From positions 15,190,001 to 15,254,000 of the forward strand of contig CM022676.1 of NCBI GenBank assembly GCA_012295275.1: 64,000 nucleotides of DNA. The letters run 5' to 3'. The notes under the pieces were generated by a model. It had not been told where the DNA came from. It made no database searches and saw only the letters and a program-made list of their open reading frames with translations. This DNA is from Chrysomallon squamiferum. Its lineage: Eukaryota > Animalia > Mollusca. Both the position numbers and the translations under genes were made by a program. This document shows positions 14,522-26,810 of this stretch, one piece after another (positions within the stretch are counted from its first letter, which is position 1; the number at the start of each line of letters is the position of its first letter).

Positions 14522-15161
14522 CCGAAGCCAAAACATACCAAAAGTCTGAGGACATCGGTGAAAACAGCGGAATCCAAGGAAAAACAGAATCCACTGGAGA
14601 GGAAAAAATACAAAGCTGGTTTACTTTGTCACACTCAACTCGCTATATCTTCACCGCCAATTAACGGAACTTTATAATTCTAAAACTGCCTTCAAAAGTT
14701 CGTAAGTGCGTACTTTTCTGTAAATATATTTGTGTATGTGTTTGTTTTTGTGTGTGTGTGTATATATATGTATGTATGTGTATGTGTATGCATGCATGTA
14801 TATGTGTTTGTATGTATGTATGTTTCCACTTGCATATATACATACATAAACATACATGCATCCGTCAGTATAATAGTGAAGAATAAACAAAAAGTAACTG
14901 GTTTCTGGTTTCTTTGTTTCAGTGTGCTATTAAGGAGTTTTATTTACTTCACAAAATAAGGTTATATTGAAACGAGTAAACCTAAACTGAAACGTCAAAA
15001 CATGAATTGAAAGTGGAAAAAATCCGTCTTGTACACCAAAAGACAAGGTGAAACATTAAACATAACGGTAAAATGAAACAAATGACATTAATAAATTAAG
15101 TAGTCAGAAGATAAATTGAAAGATGAAAAGATAAGAAGACACGTGAAATAACAAAAACATA

Positions 15162-18100
15162 ATGTGTTCAAAATACGGAGGAGTAAATGATTCTTACCTG
15201 GAGGACAAACTGGAGAAGGACGATGAATCATTGCAGTTTGAACTGAATAAACTGGAGGATGATGATGAAAAACTGCAGTTTGAACTGAATGAATTGAAGG
15301 ATGATGATGAAATACAGCTGTTTGATCATAAAAAAATGAAGGAGACGAATGATGAAGCACTGCTGCTTGAACTGAACGAATTGAAGGAGAAAGACAATGA
15401 AAAACTGTTGTATAAACTCAAGGATAGACAAAAATAGTTTTTCAGACTTCTGACTCAAAGAAGACTTTCGTCAAGTGATGTGTGTTTGATAACAAAATTA
15501 CTAGCAAAGTCGTGCAGCTGCGAAGTACACACAGAACAAGTATTTAACCTTCTACTTGATGTCGAGAGATCGCTGTTTTTAGAACGCACCGTTCCGCCAC
15601 TGTTGAGGGAGATATCTGCTGATTGTTCAGTAGCTGCTGAGAAAATGTCTCTTTCATTTATAGCCGATGTTCTTGACCTGCTTGTACAGTTATCTCTGCG
15701 GCTGCCTCATACCATCGTTGAGGTTGCAGGAGTTAACTCCCTTGTAGACGACGCCGTGGCCATTTTAAGAAAACGTGGGTTGTCTGTCCCTGAGACAATA
15801 GACATGAAAACAAAACAACTCTTAGAACTGAAAACGTCAATGATGAAAAAGGCTCAAAGTGACAGACTAACAGCAGCAAAGAAACCGTCACTTCCGAATG
15901 ACTTCAGAAGAATTTCAGGAATGCCAACGTACGATGACGTTTATCGCACAAACGCGCCCTTCCTTCGCAGGATGAAGAAAAGAGGTGCGTACTACGATCT
16001 CGACGACTACCTCGATGTACAGTTCAGACTGTTGAGGGAAGATTTCATTCAGCCGTTGTACGAAGCTATTCATGAATATGTGTCGTTTGACAACCATCCA
16101 GATAAGAATGTTTCTCTCCGCACGTATAAAGGTGTCAGAATACTAAATTCAGATTTCAAAAATGCAAAGTTCGTGTATACTGTGACATTTGACACAAGGA
16201 AACTGAAAGACATCCAGTGGGAGTACACGAAACGACTGAAATATGGTTCTCTGGTGTGTCTGTCGAGCAACGGTTTCAAAACGTTTACCATTGCAACTAT
16301 TGAATCGGGGCCTAAAAAGCATTACAACGGTGTAGTCACAGTTGAGATTTTTGAACAGCATGTTGTAGGCAACACGGGAATCGATATGACGAAGCCGATG
16401 ATGATGTTGGAAACACCGGCTTACTTTGAAGCGTATCGCTACGTCTTGTCGTCTCTGCAGAATATTAACAAGCTTCCGTTCGAGGAATACATTGTACACT
16501 GTACAACTGAAGTGAAACAGCCAGCCTACCTGAGAGACAAAGAAAATGTCCACTATCAATTCCAGAACAAGACTAAGACAGCTCAGGTTACAAAAAAGAG
16601 AAATATGATTAAAATTTCGTCCAGGATACCTCTGACTACCCGACGACAAGTATTTTCAGGTATTTTCAGTGAAGAAGCAGACGATGAGGATGAGAGCCAC
16701 AAAGGCGTTCCTGTTCTGAATCTGAACAAGTGGCCCCAGCCAGAGACTCTGAAACTGGAAGCGGCTCAGTTCAAGGCGTTTCAACAAGCCCTGACCAAAG
16801 AATTTGTCCTCATTCAGGGCCCTCCAGGAACGGGAAAAACATACATAGGACTTAAAATAATAGAAACTTTATTAAGAAACAGAGAAGTCTGGAAAGGACA
16901 CGGAGAAGATCCCATTTTAGTTCTGTGTTATACGAATCACGCTTTGGACCAATTCCTTGAAGGAATCCTCGAGTTTGAGAAAGAAAATCTCGTTCGTGTT
17001 GGAAAAAGAATTAAGAATGAAAAAGTTAAAACTTATGAAATCAAGGAAATGCGGAGGAAGTTTTACATTCACGGACAAGATTGCGACGAGTTGAAAACTG
17101 ATTATATTGAGTGTCAGAAAAGTCTTCTTGAGAAAAAAAAAGCAACATGAGATGATAGATAACGGAATAGTGAGAAATCTGTATCTGACAGGTCATGTTA
17201 AAGAGACGCACTATCACCAACTCTTACATACTCCTTTTAGAGACTGGTTCCTACCTGTATGGCTCGGAATACTTATTCCTCTTCGAACAAAATTGTATAA
17301 ATTCCACGGCAGTTCAGAAAAATTTGAGGATGATCAGTACGAGCAAACAGAAAACAGAAAACATTACAGACCTTTGCCCACTCGGCCTGGGATTTTACTC
17401 ATTGACTTCCACACAGTTTTTAGAGGGATTTCACGCAGTGAAAGTTCTGTTTTGATCACAAACATGAAGTCACGGTCGAGGATGTCAGAAAGAGAAGCTG
17501 ACGCAGTAGAAGATATCTGGTCACTCTCACCCAGAAATCGGTGGCGTCTTTACAGGTTGTGGGTGCAACATCTGAAAGAGCAAACTGAGTCAGAGATAGA
17601 AGAGCTGCAGGAAAGAGTCAGTGCTGCTGGAGAAACATACAGAACGGCGAAGCAGGACGCGGACCAGAGAGTGATGAGAAGATGTTCTGTGGTAGGAATG
17701 ACAACGAGTGCTGCTGCTCGTTATCAGAAGGTTTTAGAAGAAATAAAACCAAGAATCATCATCATTGAGGAAGCTGCAGAAGTTCTGGAAGGCCACGTGA
17801 TTGCATCACTGAATTCAGGATGTCAGCATCTGATTCTGATCGGAGACCATCAGCAGCTGCAACCAAGTCCCACTGTTTACGCACTCGCAAAACGATATAA
17901 CCTGGAGTTATCGTTATTTGAACGAATGGTTAACAACGGCTTGGAGTGTGTTTGTCTTGAGCAACAGCACAGAATGCGGCCCTGTATTTCCAGAATCATG
18001 AAACACATCTATCCTCATCTCAGAGATCACCCTTCTGTTGAAAATTACCCGGATATCCTGGGCGTTTGTAGTAATGTATTTTTCATAAACCATTGTGAAA

Positions 18101-20383
18101 ATGAAGAAAGAAATGACGAGCTCGTAAGTCATTTGAACGTGTTTGAAGCGGAATATATTATAGCGCTGTGTCGCTACATTTTGAAACAAGGCTATTCTCC
18201 AAAGGAAATCACAGTGTTAACTACGTATTCAGCTCAGGTCGTCTATCTGAAGAAGAATATGAAAGACGAAATATTTGAAGATGTCACTGTCACAGATGTT
18301 GACAATTACCAAGGAGAGGAGAATGACATCATACTGCTGTCTTTGGTACGCAGCAATCTGGAGGGGAGTATTGGCTTTCTGAAAACAGACAACCGAGTGT
18401 GTGTAGCTCTTTCCAGAGCTAGAATGGGACTTTACGTGATAGGAAACTTTACCCTGCTCGGTCAACAGAGTAAATTATGGAAAACCATTACTGACGATTT
18501 GAAATCGACCGACCAGCTGGGAAATGCTCTTGGTCTTTATTGTCGAAATCACGTCAAAGATGAAGGAATAAAAGCTGCGAAAGCAGAAGATTTCAGTTTG
18601 GTTCCTGAAGGAGGCTGCAGAAAGCAGTGCACGTACAGACTGAACTGTGGTCACGTGTGTGAACTGCCGTGTCATCCAGCTGATCCACTTCATCTCAAAT
18701 ACAAATGTCAGAAACCGTGTGAAAGAATTTTGTGTGAATATCAACATAAATGTCCGCTTCTTTGTTTTGAAGATTGCAAAGAGTGTGTCGTTCCCGTTAC
18801 CAAGGTGATACCAGCGTGTGGACACAAAGTAGAAATTCCTTGCTCTGCCGATGCAAGTACAATCAAGTGCATGAAGCAAGTAAAGCATGTTGGTTTGTAC
18901 TGCGGGCACGAAATTGACGTTGTTTGTCACGAACGATATATCACCCCTTGTTATGTAAAATACATGACCGTTCTGGAATGTGGTCATGAAATCGAAGTAG
19001 TTTGTCATGAAAGAGACAATGCAATTTGTAATGTAAAGTGTAGCACCGTTTTGAAATGTGGTCATGAAATCGAAGTGGTTTGTCATGAACGAGACAATGT
19101 AATTTGTAATGCAAAGTGTAGCACCGTTTTGAAATGTGGTCATGAAATCGAAGTAGTTTGTCATGAAAGAGACAATGCAATTTGTAATGTAAAGTGTAGC
19201 ACCGTTTTGAAATGTGGTCATGAAATCGAAGTAGTTTGTCATGAAAGAGACAATGCAATTTGTAATGCAAAATGCAGCACCGTTTTGAAATGTGGTCATA
19301 TTTGTCGTGGTAGTTGTCACGAATGTGTTCAAGGTCGACTTCACGTTGCTTGCAAGGAGAAATGCAGGAAACGTCTGCTGTGTGGACACGAATGTGTCAG
19401 TGACTGTTCTACGTGTCCACTTTGTCCTCTGCCGTGTGAGAACAGCTGTGACCATCTGTCCTGTGAAAGGTCATGTGGTGACCCGTGTACAATGTGCCGT
19501 GAAAACTGCGTCATCAGGTACAAAGGAAGGAACATTCGTAGACGATGTTGTGATGTGTGGAATATGCCACGCTCCAAAAAGCGGTGTATGAAGAAGCTGT
19601 CGTGTCAGCACAGATGCATTGGTCTGGCAGGAGAAAAGTGTCCTGATCTTTGTCGAGTCTGTAACAGAGATGAAGTGAAAGCTTTGCAGGCTGATAGACG
19701 AAATTATTCTCTGTTTGTGCAGCTCGAAGACTGCGGACACATCTTTGAGGTGCAAGCTCTCGACGAGCTGATGGAGTCGAAATCCAACAGAATCCAGTTG
19801 AAACGTTGTCCACGCTGTAACGTGGTCATTAGACATAGTGGAAGATATAGAGACGTCATCAAACATACTTTACTGGACGTAGATTATATCAAGTATGAAT
19901 TAATAAAGCAGGAAGAAAAGGACTATTACGAAAGCCAAAATATAATCAGTTTGCTTCAGAAGCTTATGGCTCTTAGAAATAACTGTCGTACGTTTGAAAA
20001 ATATTTTCGTAAGATGGGGATCAGTGAACATTGTAAAGACGTGGATCGTTTCCAAACATGGATAACGAAGAAGAGAAGAATATTTACGAAGCAGGATGAA
20101 TTCGATGCAGACAATGAAACGAAAAGACTGAAACTGCTAATCGATCTAAAATCAGCTTCAGACGACGCCAACGAGTCACAGAAAATCACAGACAATACAA
20201 ATGATGTTACTGAAGTAATTAAAAAGTTCGCTATGGATGGAAATGCCTTTACTCCAGAACGTCAAGAAATAGTTAAATCTCGGGCTCCTTTCCTTCCTTC
20301 GAGTGAAATATCTCTTCGTTACGTCTCCACAGACAAAATTAGCATGAATTTCAGTATGGAAGGTTGGCTGAAATGTCCAGCAG
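15162..20383 (+). pseudogene. ZNFX1: ZNFX1-like UPF1-family SF1 RNA helicase with NF-X1-type zinc fingers, copy A, main exon (disrupted)
   Basis: YLDVQFRLLREDF, LKYGSLVCLS, Walker A QGPPGTGKT, CYTNHALDQFLE, IIEEAAEV, LIGDHQQL, SLFERM, QHRM, VDNYQGEEND, RVCVALSRAR, then CGH-rich fingers and VQLEDCGH..CPRC. Lesions: TAG at 15435-15437 (CAG in copy B) and A9 at 17133-17141 (A8 in copy B). Acceptor at 14922/14923, donor CAG|gtaag at 20383. Confidence 0.9.
18901..19290 (+). repeat. Coding tandem repeat: 5 x 78 nt (26-aa CGHEIEVVCHERDNAICNVKCSTVLK zinc-finger units)
   Basis: Visible in DNA and in the translation; copy B has 3 units at 34806-35039. Confidence 0.92.
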
Positions 20384-20606
20384 GTAAGAACACTGTATTT
20401 GTTGATCTCTGTTTTAACTAAAAGCTTGTAAATGTCTCCACATTTACACATTTAAAACAACGTCAAATAGTGTTTTATTAATACCGAAATATTTTCTATT
20501 TCTGATTAAAGTACTAAATTTGTATATCTCATTTTTTGCTGATTTCCATTTTTCCAGGTATTACATATTTCCATTCGATCTATTTTGTTTATAAAAATAA
20601 TGGTAT

Positions 20607-20653
<47 letters not shown>

Positions 20654-20906
20654 GTTAGTTAGTTAGTTATTTTCAGTTATTATTTCTTTTCTTTATTTCT
20701 GTTTTTTTCTTAATTTCTTTTTCCTTTATCTGTTTTTTTTTTTTTTTTTTTCTTCTTTTTCTGTTGCCTTCGACCTAGATCTAGTAACCTTTACGATAAA
20801 GATGGTTCAGTCCCTATGTCTAGCTATTCCATAGGATATATAAAAATGTTTATTTAGAGCACACCCTGACAGAAATTATAATTCTAGGATCATATTTGTG
20901 TTTCAG

Positions 20907-22477
20907 GGCATATCTATTTTGACTATTTCGGGAAGAATGCAGAGTGCGAAATCTGTTCCAGTACAAGAAAAGATGTGGCATCCTCCGAAATGACGTCAAA
21001 GAGTGATGCTAACAGTAGGGCGCCAGATGCAAATACTAACAATGTGACGTCAGAGAGAAATATTGATGGAAGGGTGTCAGACAGAAATACGAGCCGAACT
21101 GCGACAGACAGAGACACTAACAACAGGACATCGGACAAATATAAGTCGTCACACAGAGATGCTAAAACAAGGGCGTCACACAGAGGTTCTAAAAGAAGAG
21201 CTGCAGACACATACACAAAAGGAAGAGCATCAGAGAGAGATACTAACAGTAGGGCGGCAGACAAAGATGTTAAGACTAGGCTGTCAAACAAAAATACTAA
21301 TAGAATGGCGAGAGACAGAATTACTGACAGATGGTTGTCAGACAGATATACAAATGGAATAACATCAGAGAGAGATACTAACAGAAAGGAAACAGACAAA
21401 GCTAATGACAGAAGGGCATCAGACAAAGCTAATGACAGAAGGGCATCAGACAAAGCTAATGGCAGAAGGGCATCAGACAAAGCTAATGACAGAAGGGCAT
21501 CAGACAAAGCTAATGGCAGAAGGGCATCAGACAAAGCTAATGACAGAATGGCGGCAGACAGAGGTGCTAGCAGAAGGGCGTCAGACAGAGGTGCTAGCAG
21601 AAGGGCGTCAGATCGACATTATAACAGTAAAGTGTTTGTCAACCATACTAACAGAATGGCATCAGATGAAGGTACGTCAGTGGGAGATACTAACAGAAGA
21701 GAGTCAGACAGAGATACCAACAGAAGAGAGTCAGACAGAGATACTAATAGTAGGGAGTCAGACAGAGATACTAACAATAGGATGGCAGACAGAGATAGTA
21801 ACCGTGGGCCGTCAGATAGAGTGTCATCCACATTGGACGCTGAAATTACACTTTCAGATATTCAGATGGAAAAATCACACGTAACACGTTCAGACACCAA
21901 TTACACAACAACGGAAAAAGACAAGGATATTTGCAGAACAAATCGAAACAGGAATAATCCCTCAAATAATTCCAGACCATACAGAGAAAGAGATTTTATG
22001 AAAACAAGTACGGAGAAAGATCATCTCAGAAGAAAATCCGAGAGCGATTATCCAAGAGCAGATAAAGACAGATACAATCGTAAAACAAAGAGAGACGAGT
22101 ATTTTCAGAATACAAATAAAGAGAAAAATTATCCCAGAGAAATTAAAACGACGGATTATCCTAGAGGAAACTTTCACAGAGATTATCAAGGAGAAAAGAG
22201 ATTCAAGAATTATGCCATAGGAACGAAACCCAAGGATTGCATCAGACCAAAAACTTGCACCTATTATCGAGGAGGAGAGAAATTGAATGATCATCCGAAA
22301 ATTACATCAGAACTGGATTATCGAGTAACCAACACAGACAGGCGTTATATCCAGGGAAACTCAGACAGTATCTCCAGACTGGATTCGCCTGATACAGATG
22401 ACACTGTGACGGGACAAAGAAAAGAAGCATTTAACAGTGACAGAAGAAGTAGTCACCAAATGAGCAGAGAAAAATAA
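20907..22477 (+). CDS. ZNFX1: ZNFX1-like copy A last exon: second half of degenerate RZ finger plus ~500-aa R/D/S/T-rich low-complexity tail
   Basis: Acceptor tgtttcag|GG, phase 1, joins WLKCPA-G-HIYFDYFGKNAECEIC; in frame with ORF 20975-22477; 27-nt DKANDRRAS / DRDTNRRES repeats. Confidence 0.8.
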
Positions 22478-22576
22478 AGAAGAAAGAAAACAAGTAATCA
22501 CAATTATCAATTTATTTTAATGTTCTCATACGTACACGTATACATATTATATGTAAAGACAAATACATACAACCAT

Positions 22577-22651
<75 letters not shown>

Positions 22652-23004
22652 TACTGGTTGAGAACCACAAAATAAATTTTGAATATATATATATATATAT
22701 ATACATACATACACACATCCATTTATACGTAAAAGATGTACACACAATCACCACAGATACCTACTCACATATTTGATAATTTATTTTGTGGTTCTCAACC
22801 AGTCAGAGTAAAAACAATGTATTTATTATTATTTTACAGAGTTGTTCAAAGTAAGGATTTTAACAGAAACGAAATCTGTGCCTGGTCAATTTCTACTTAA
22901 AACAACCATACAGACACTGAAGAGAAGATTGAGACGAGTATAGTGATGAAGTCGGTGACGATGATGTTGATAATGTTGCTGCTGCTGTTGACATATATAA
23001 ACAC

Positions 23005-23115
23005 ATGTTTCTAATAATACGGTTTTCGTTTAAAATGTCACTGTATATTGCTAATAATACATTTTTGTTTACAGTTACCCTGTACAATTCTAAGAAAACG
23101 TTTTTGTTTAAAGTT

Positions 23116-23149
<34 letters not shown>

Positions 23150-26100
23150 CTATTAATATGTTTCTGTTTAAGGTTTCACTGTATATTTCTAATAATACGT
23201 TTTGTTTGAAACTTCACTATATATTTCTAATAACGCGTTTTTGTTTAAATTACCATGTATATTCCTGATAACACATTTTAAGTTTTACTGTATATTTCTA
23301 ATAATTTGTTCTTCTTTAATGTTACTCTGTATATTGTCTAATAATACGTTTTTGTTTAAAGTTACCCTGTATATTTTCTAATAATACGTTTTTGCTTAAA
23401 GTTAACCGGCATATTTCCTAATAATACATATATCGGGTATATGTTCTAACAATACGTTTTCGCTATAATTCGAACTGAATATTTTCTAACTATACGTTTT
23501 TGTTTAAAGTTTTTCTGTATATTTTCTAAAAATGCATATTTGTTTAAAGTTTCACTACATATTTCTAATAAAACGTTTGTGTTTAACGTTAACCTGTATA
23601 ATTCCTAATAATACGTTTTTGCATAAAGTTTCACTGTATAACTGTAATAATACGTTTTTGTTTAAAGTATCACTGTATATTTTTTTGTTTTTTTGTTTAA
23701 AAGTATCGCTGTATATTTCTAATACATCGTTTTTGTTTAAAGTTATCCTATATATATATATTCCTCATAATATCTTTTTGGTTAAAGTTTCACTATATAT
23801 TCTAATAATACTCTTTCGTTTAAATTTTCCCTGTATATTTTCTAATAATACGTTTTTGTTTAAATTTACCCTGTATACTTTCTAACAACTCGTGTTTCGT
23901 TTAAAGGTTCACTGTATATTGTAATAATAACTTTTGCTTAAAGTTATCGTGTACATTTTCTATTAATACGTTTTTGTTTACAGTTATCCTGTATATTTTC
24001 TAATAATACGTGTTCGTTTAAAGTGTCAGTGTATATTTCTAGTAAATCGTTTTTGTTTATTATTAACCTGTATATTTTGTAACAACTCGTATTTTGTTTA
24101 AAGTTATCCTATGTATTTTCTAATAATATATTTTTGTTCAAGTTTCACTGTATATTTCTAACAATACGCTTTTGTTTAGAGTTAACCTATATATTCTCTA
24201 ATAATATATTTTTGTTTAAAGATATCGTGTAGATTTTCTAATAATACATTGGTTGTTTAAAGTTACCCTGAATGTTCTGTAATAATACAAGTCTGTTTAA
24301 AGTTATCATCTATATTTTCTAATTATAAGTGATTTTTTAAAATTTGCCTTCTATATTTTCTAATAATAGGTGTATTGTTTAAAGTTGTCCTCTATATTTT
24401 CTGATAATGTATATTTGTTTAAAGTTGCACTGTATATTTCTAATAAAACGTTTGTGTTTAACGTTAACTTGTATATTTCCAAATAATCCGTTTATGTATA
24501 AAATTTCACTGTATAACTGTAATAATAATTTCTTCTTTAAAGTTGCACTGTATATTTTCTAATAATACATTTTTGTTTAACGATATCCTGTATATTTTCT
24601 AATAATCCGTTTTTATTTAAAGTATCTCTGTATATTTCTAATAAATCGTTCTTGTTTAACATTAATCCGTATATTTTGTAACAACTCGTGTTTTGTTTAA
24701 ATTTACCCTGTATACTTTCTAATAATATATTTTTGTTTAAGTTTCTCTGTATATTTCTAATAATATGCTTTGCTTTAAAGTTATGCTGTACATTTTCTTA
24801 TAATAAGTGTTTTGTTTAAAGTTATCACGTATATTTTCTAATAATACGTTCTTGTTTCAAGTTACCTTGTATATATTCCTAATACTATGTTTTTGGTTAA
24901 AGTTATCCTGTGTATTCTCTAATAATACGTTTTTGATTAAAGTTATCCTGTATATTTTCTAATAATACTGTTTTGTTTAAAGTATCAGTGTATATTTTTA
25001 GTAAATCGTTTTTGTTTAAAGTTATCCTATATTTTCTAGGAAATATTGTTCGTCGAACGTTACCCTGTGTATTTTCTAATAATACGTGTTTTGTTTAACG
25101 TTACTCAGTATATATCCCTAATAATACTTCTTTGTTTAAAGTTTTACTGTATATTTCTAATAATACTTATTTGTTTAAAGTTACCCTGTATATTTTCTAA
25201 TAATACGTTTTTCTTTAAAGTTACTCTGAATATTCTGTAATAATACAAGTTTGTTTAAAGTTATCCTGTATGTTTTCTAATAATACGTTTTTGTTTAAAG
25301 TGTCGTTGTATATATTTCTAGTAAATCGTTTTTGTTCAATATTACCCTCTATATTTTCTAACAACTCGTGTTTTGTTTAAAGTTACCCTGTATACTTTAT
25401 AATAATACATTTTTGTTTAAGTTTCTCTGTATATTTCTAATGATATGTTTTTCTTTAAAGTTATGCTGTATATTTTCTTATAATAAGTGTTTTGTTTCAA
25501 GTTACCCTGTATATTCTCTAATAATATGTTTTTGTCTAAAGATGTGTTTCAAATTTTCTGATAATACATTTGTATTTAAATTCACCATCTATATCTTTTA
25601 ATAATACGTTGTTGTTTAAAGTGATCCTACATTTTCTAATAATACATTTTTGCTTAAAGCTGCACTATATATTTCTAGTAAATCGTGTTTGTTTAACGTT
25701 ACCCTGTATATTTTCTGATAATAATTCGTGTTTTGTTTAACGTTATGCAGTATATATTCCTAATAAGGTTTTTGTTTAAAATTTTACTCTATATTTCTAA
25801 TAATGCTTATCTGTTTAAAGTTACCCTATAAATTTCCTAAATATACGTGTTTTGTTTAAAATTGCCTGTATATTTTTGAATAATTTGTTTGGCTGAGAGT
25901 TTCACTGTATATTTCTAATAAAACTGTTTTGTTTAACGTTACCCTGCATATTTTCAAACAATTCGTTTTATTTTATTTTTATTTGTTTGGTTTTTGGTTT
26001 TGTTTTTTTAGGTATCCAGTATCTTTTCCAATAATAAATTTTTGTTTAAAACTTCACTGTATATTTCTAATAAATACTTTTTGTTTAATATTACCCTGTA

Positions 26101-26353
26101 TATTTTCTAATAATATGTATTTTGTTTCACGTTATCCAGTGTATATTCCTAATAACACGTTTTTCTTTAAAGTTTTACTGTATATTTCTAATAATGCTTA
26201 TCTGTTTAAAGTTACCCTATATATTTCCTAAATACACGTTTTTTGTTTAAAGTTTTCCGTATATTTTTGAATAATTCTTTTTGCTGAGAGTTTCACTGTA
26301 TATTTCTAATAAAACTGTTTTGTTTAACGTTACCCTGCATATTTTCAAACAAT

Positions 26354-26393
<40 letters not shown>

Positions 26394-26587
26394 CTGTTTT
26401 TTAGGTATCCAGTATATTTTCCAATAATAAATTTGTGTTTAAAACTTCACTCTATATTTCTAATAAATACTTTTTGTTTAATATTACCCTGTATATTTGC
26501 TAATAATATGTATTTTGTTTAAAGTTTTACTCTATATTTCTAATAATACGTTTGTTTAACTTTACCCTGTATATTTTCAAGCAATTC

Positions 26588-26673
<86 letters not shown>

Positions 26674-26810
26674 TTCAATTTTGTTTTATGTTGTCCAGTA
26701 TATTTTCTGATAATACGTTTTTTTTTAAAGTTATTCTGTGTATCTCTAATTATACGTTTTTGTTTAGTTACATTTTATATCTCTAATTATACGTTTTTGC
26801 TCAATTATAC
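23005..26810. repeat. AT-rich degenerate ~40-bp satellite, unit A
   Basis: Consensus gtttttgtttaaagttaccctgtatattttctaataatac; 40-bp period visible at 23341/23381. Confidence 0.92.

Noticed and set aside
14600-15030. ISRE/IRF-like elements near the ZNFX1 start
   Set aside because: Only partial GAAA-type matches, expected by chance in AT-rich DNA.
18475-19866. Long antisense ORFs over the ZNFX1 zinc-finger region (also 20923-21534 and equivalents in copy B)
   Set aside because: Shadow frames of repetitive coding sequence; not consistently preserved between copies.
23005-26810. CRISPR-like array (also considered for 61590-62062)
   Set aside because: Eukaryotic context, contiguous degenerate units without unique spacers, no cas genes.
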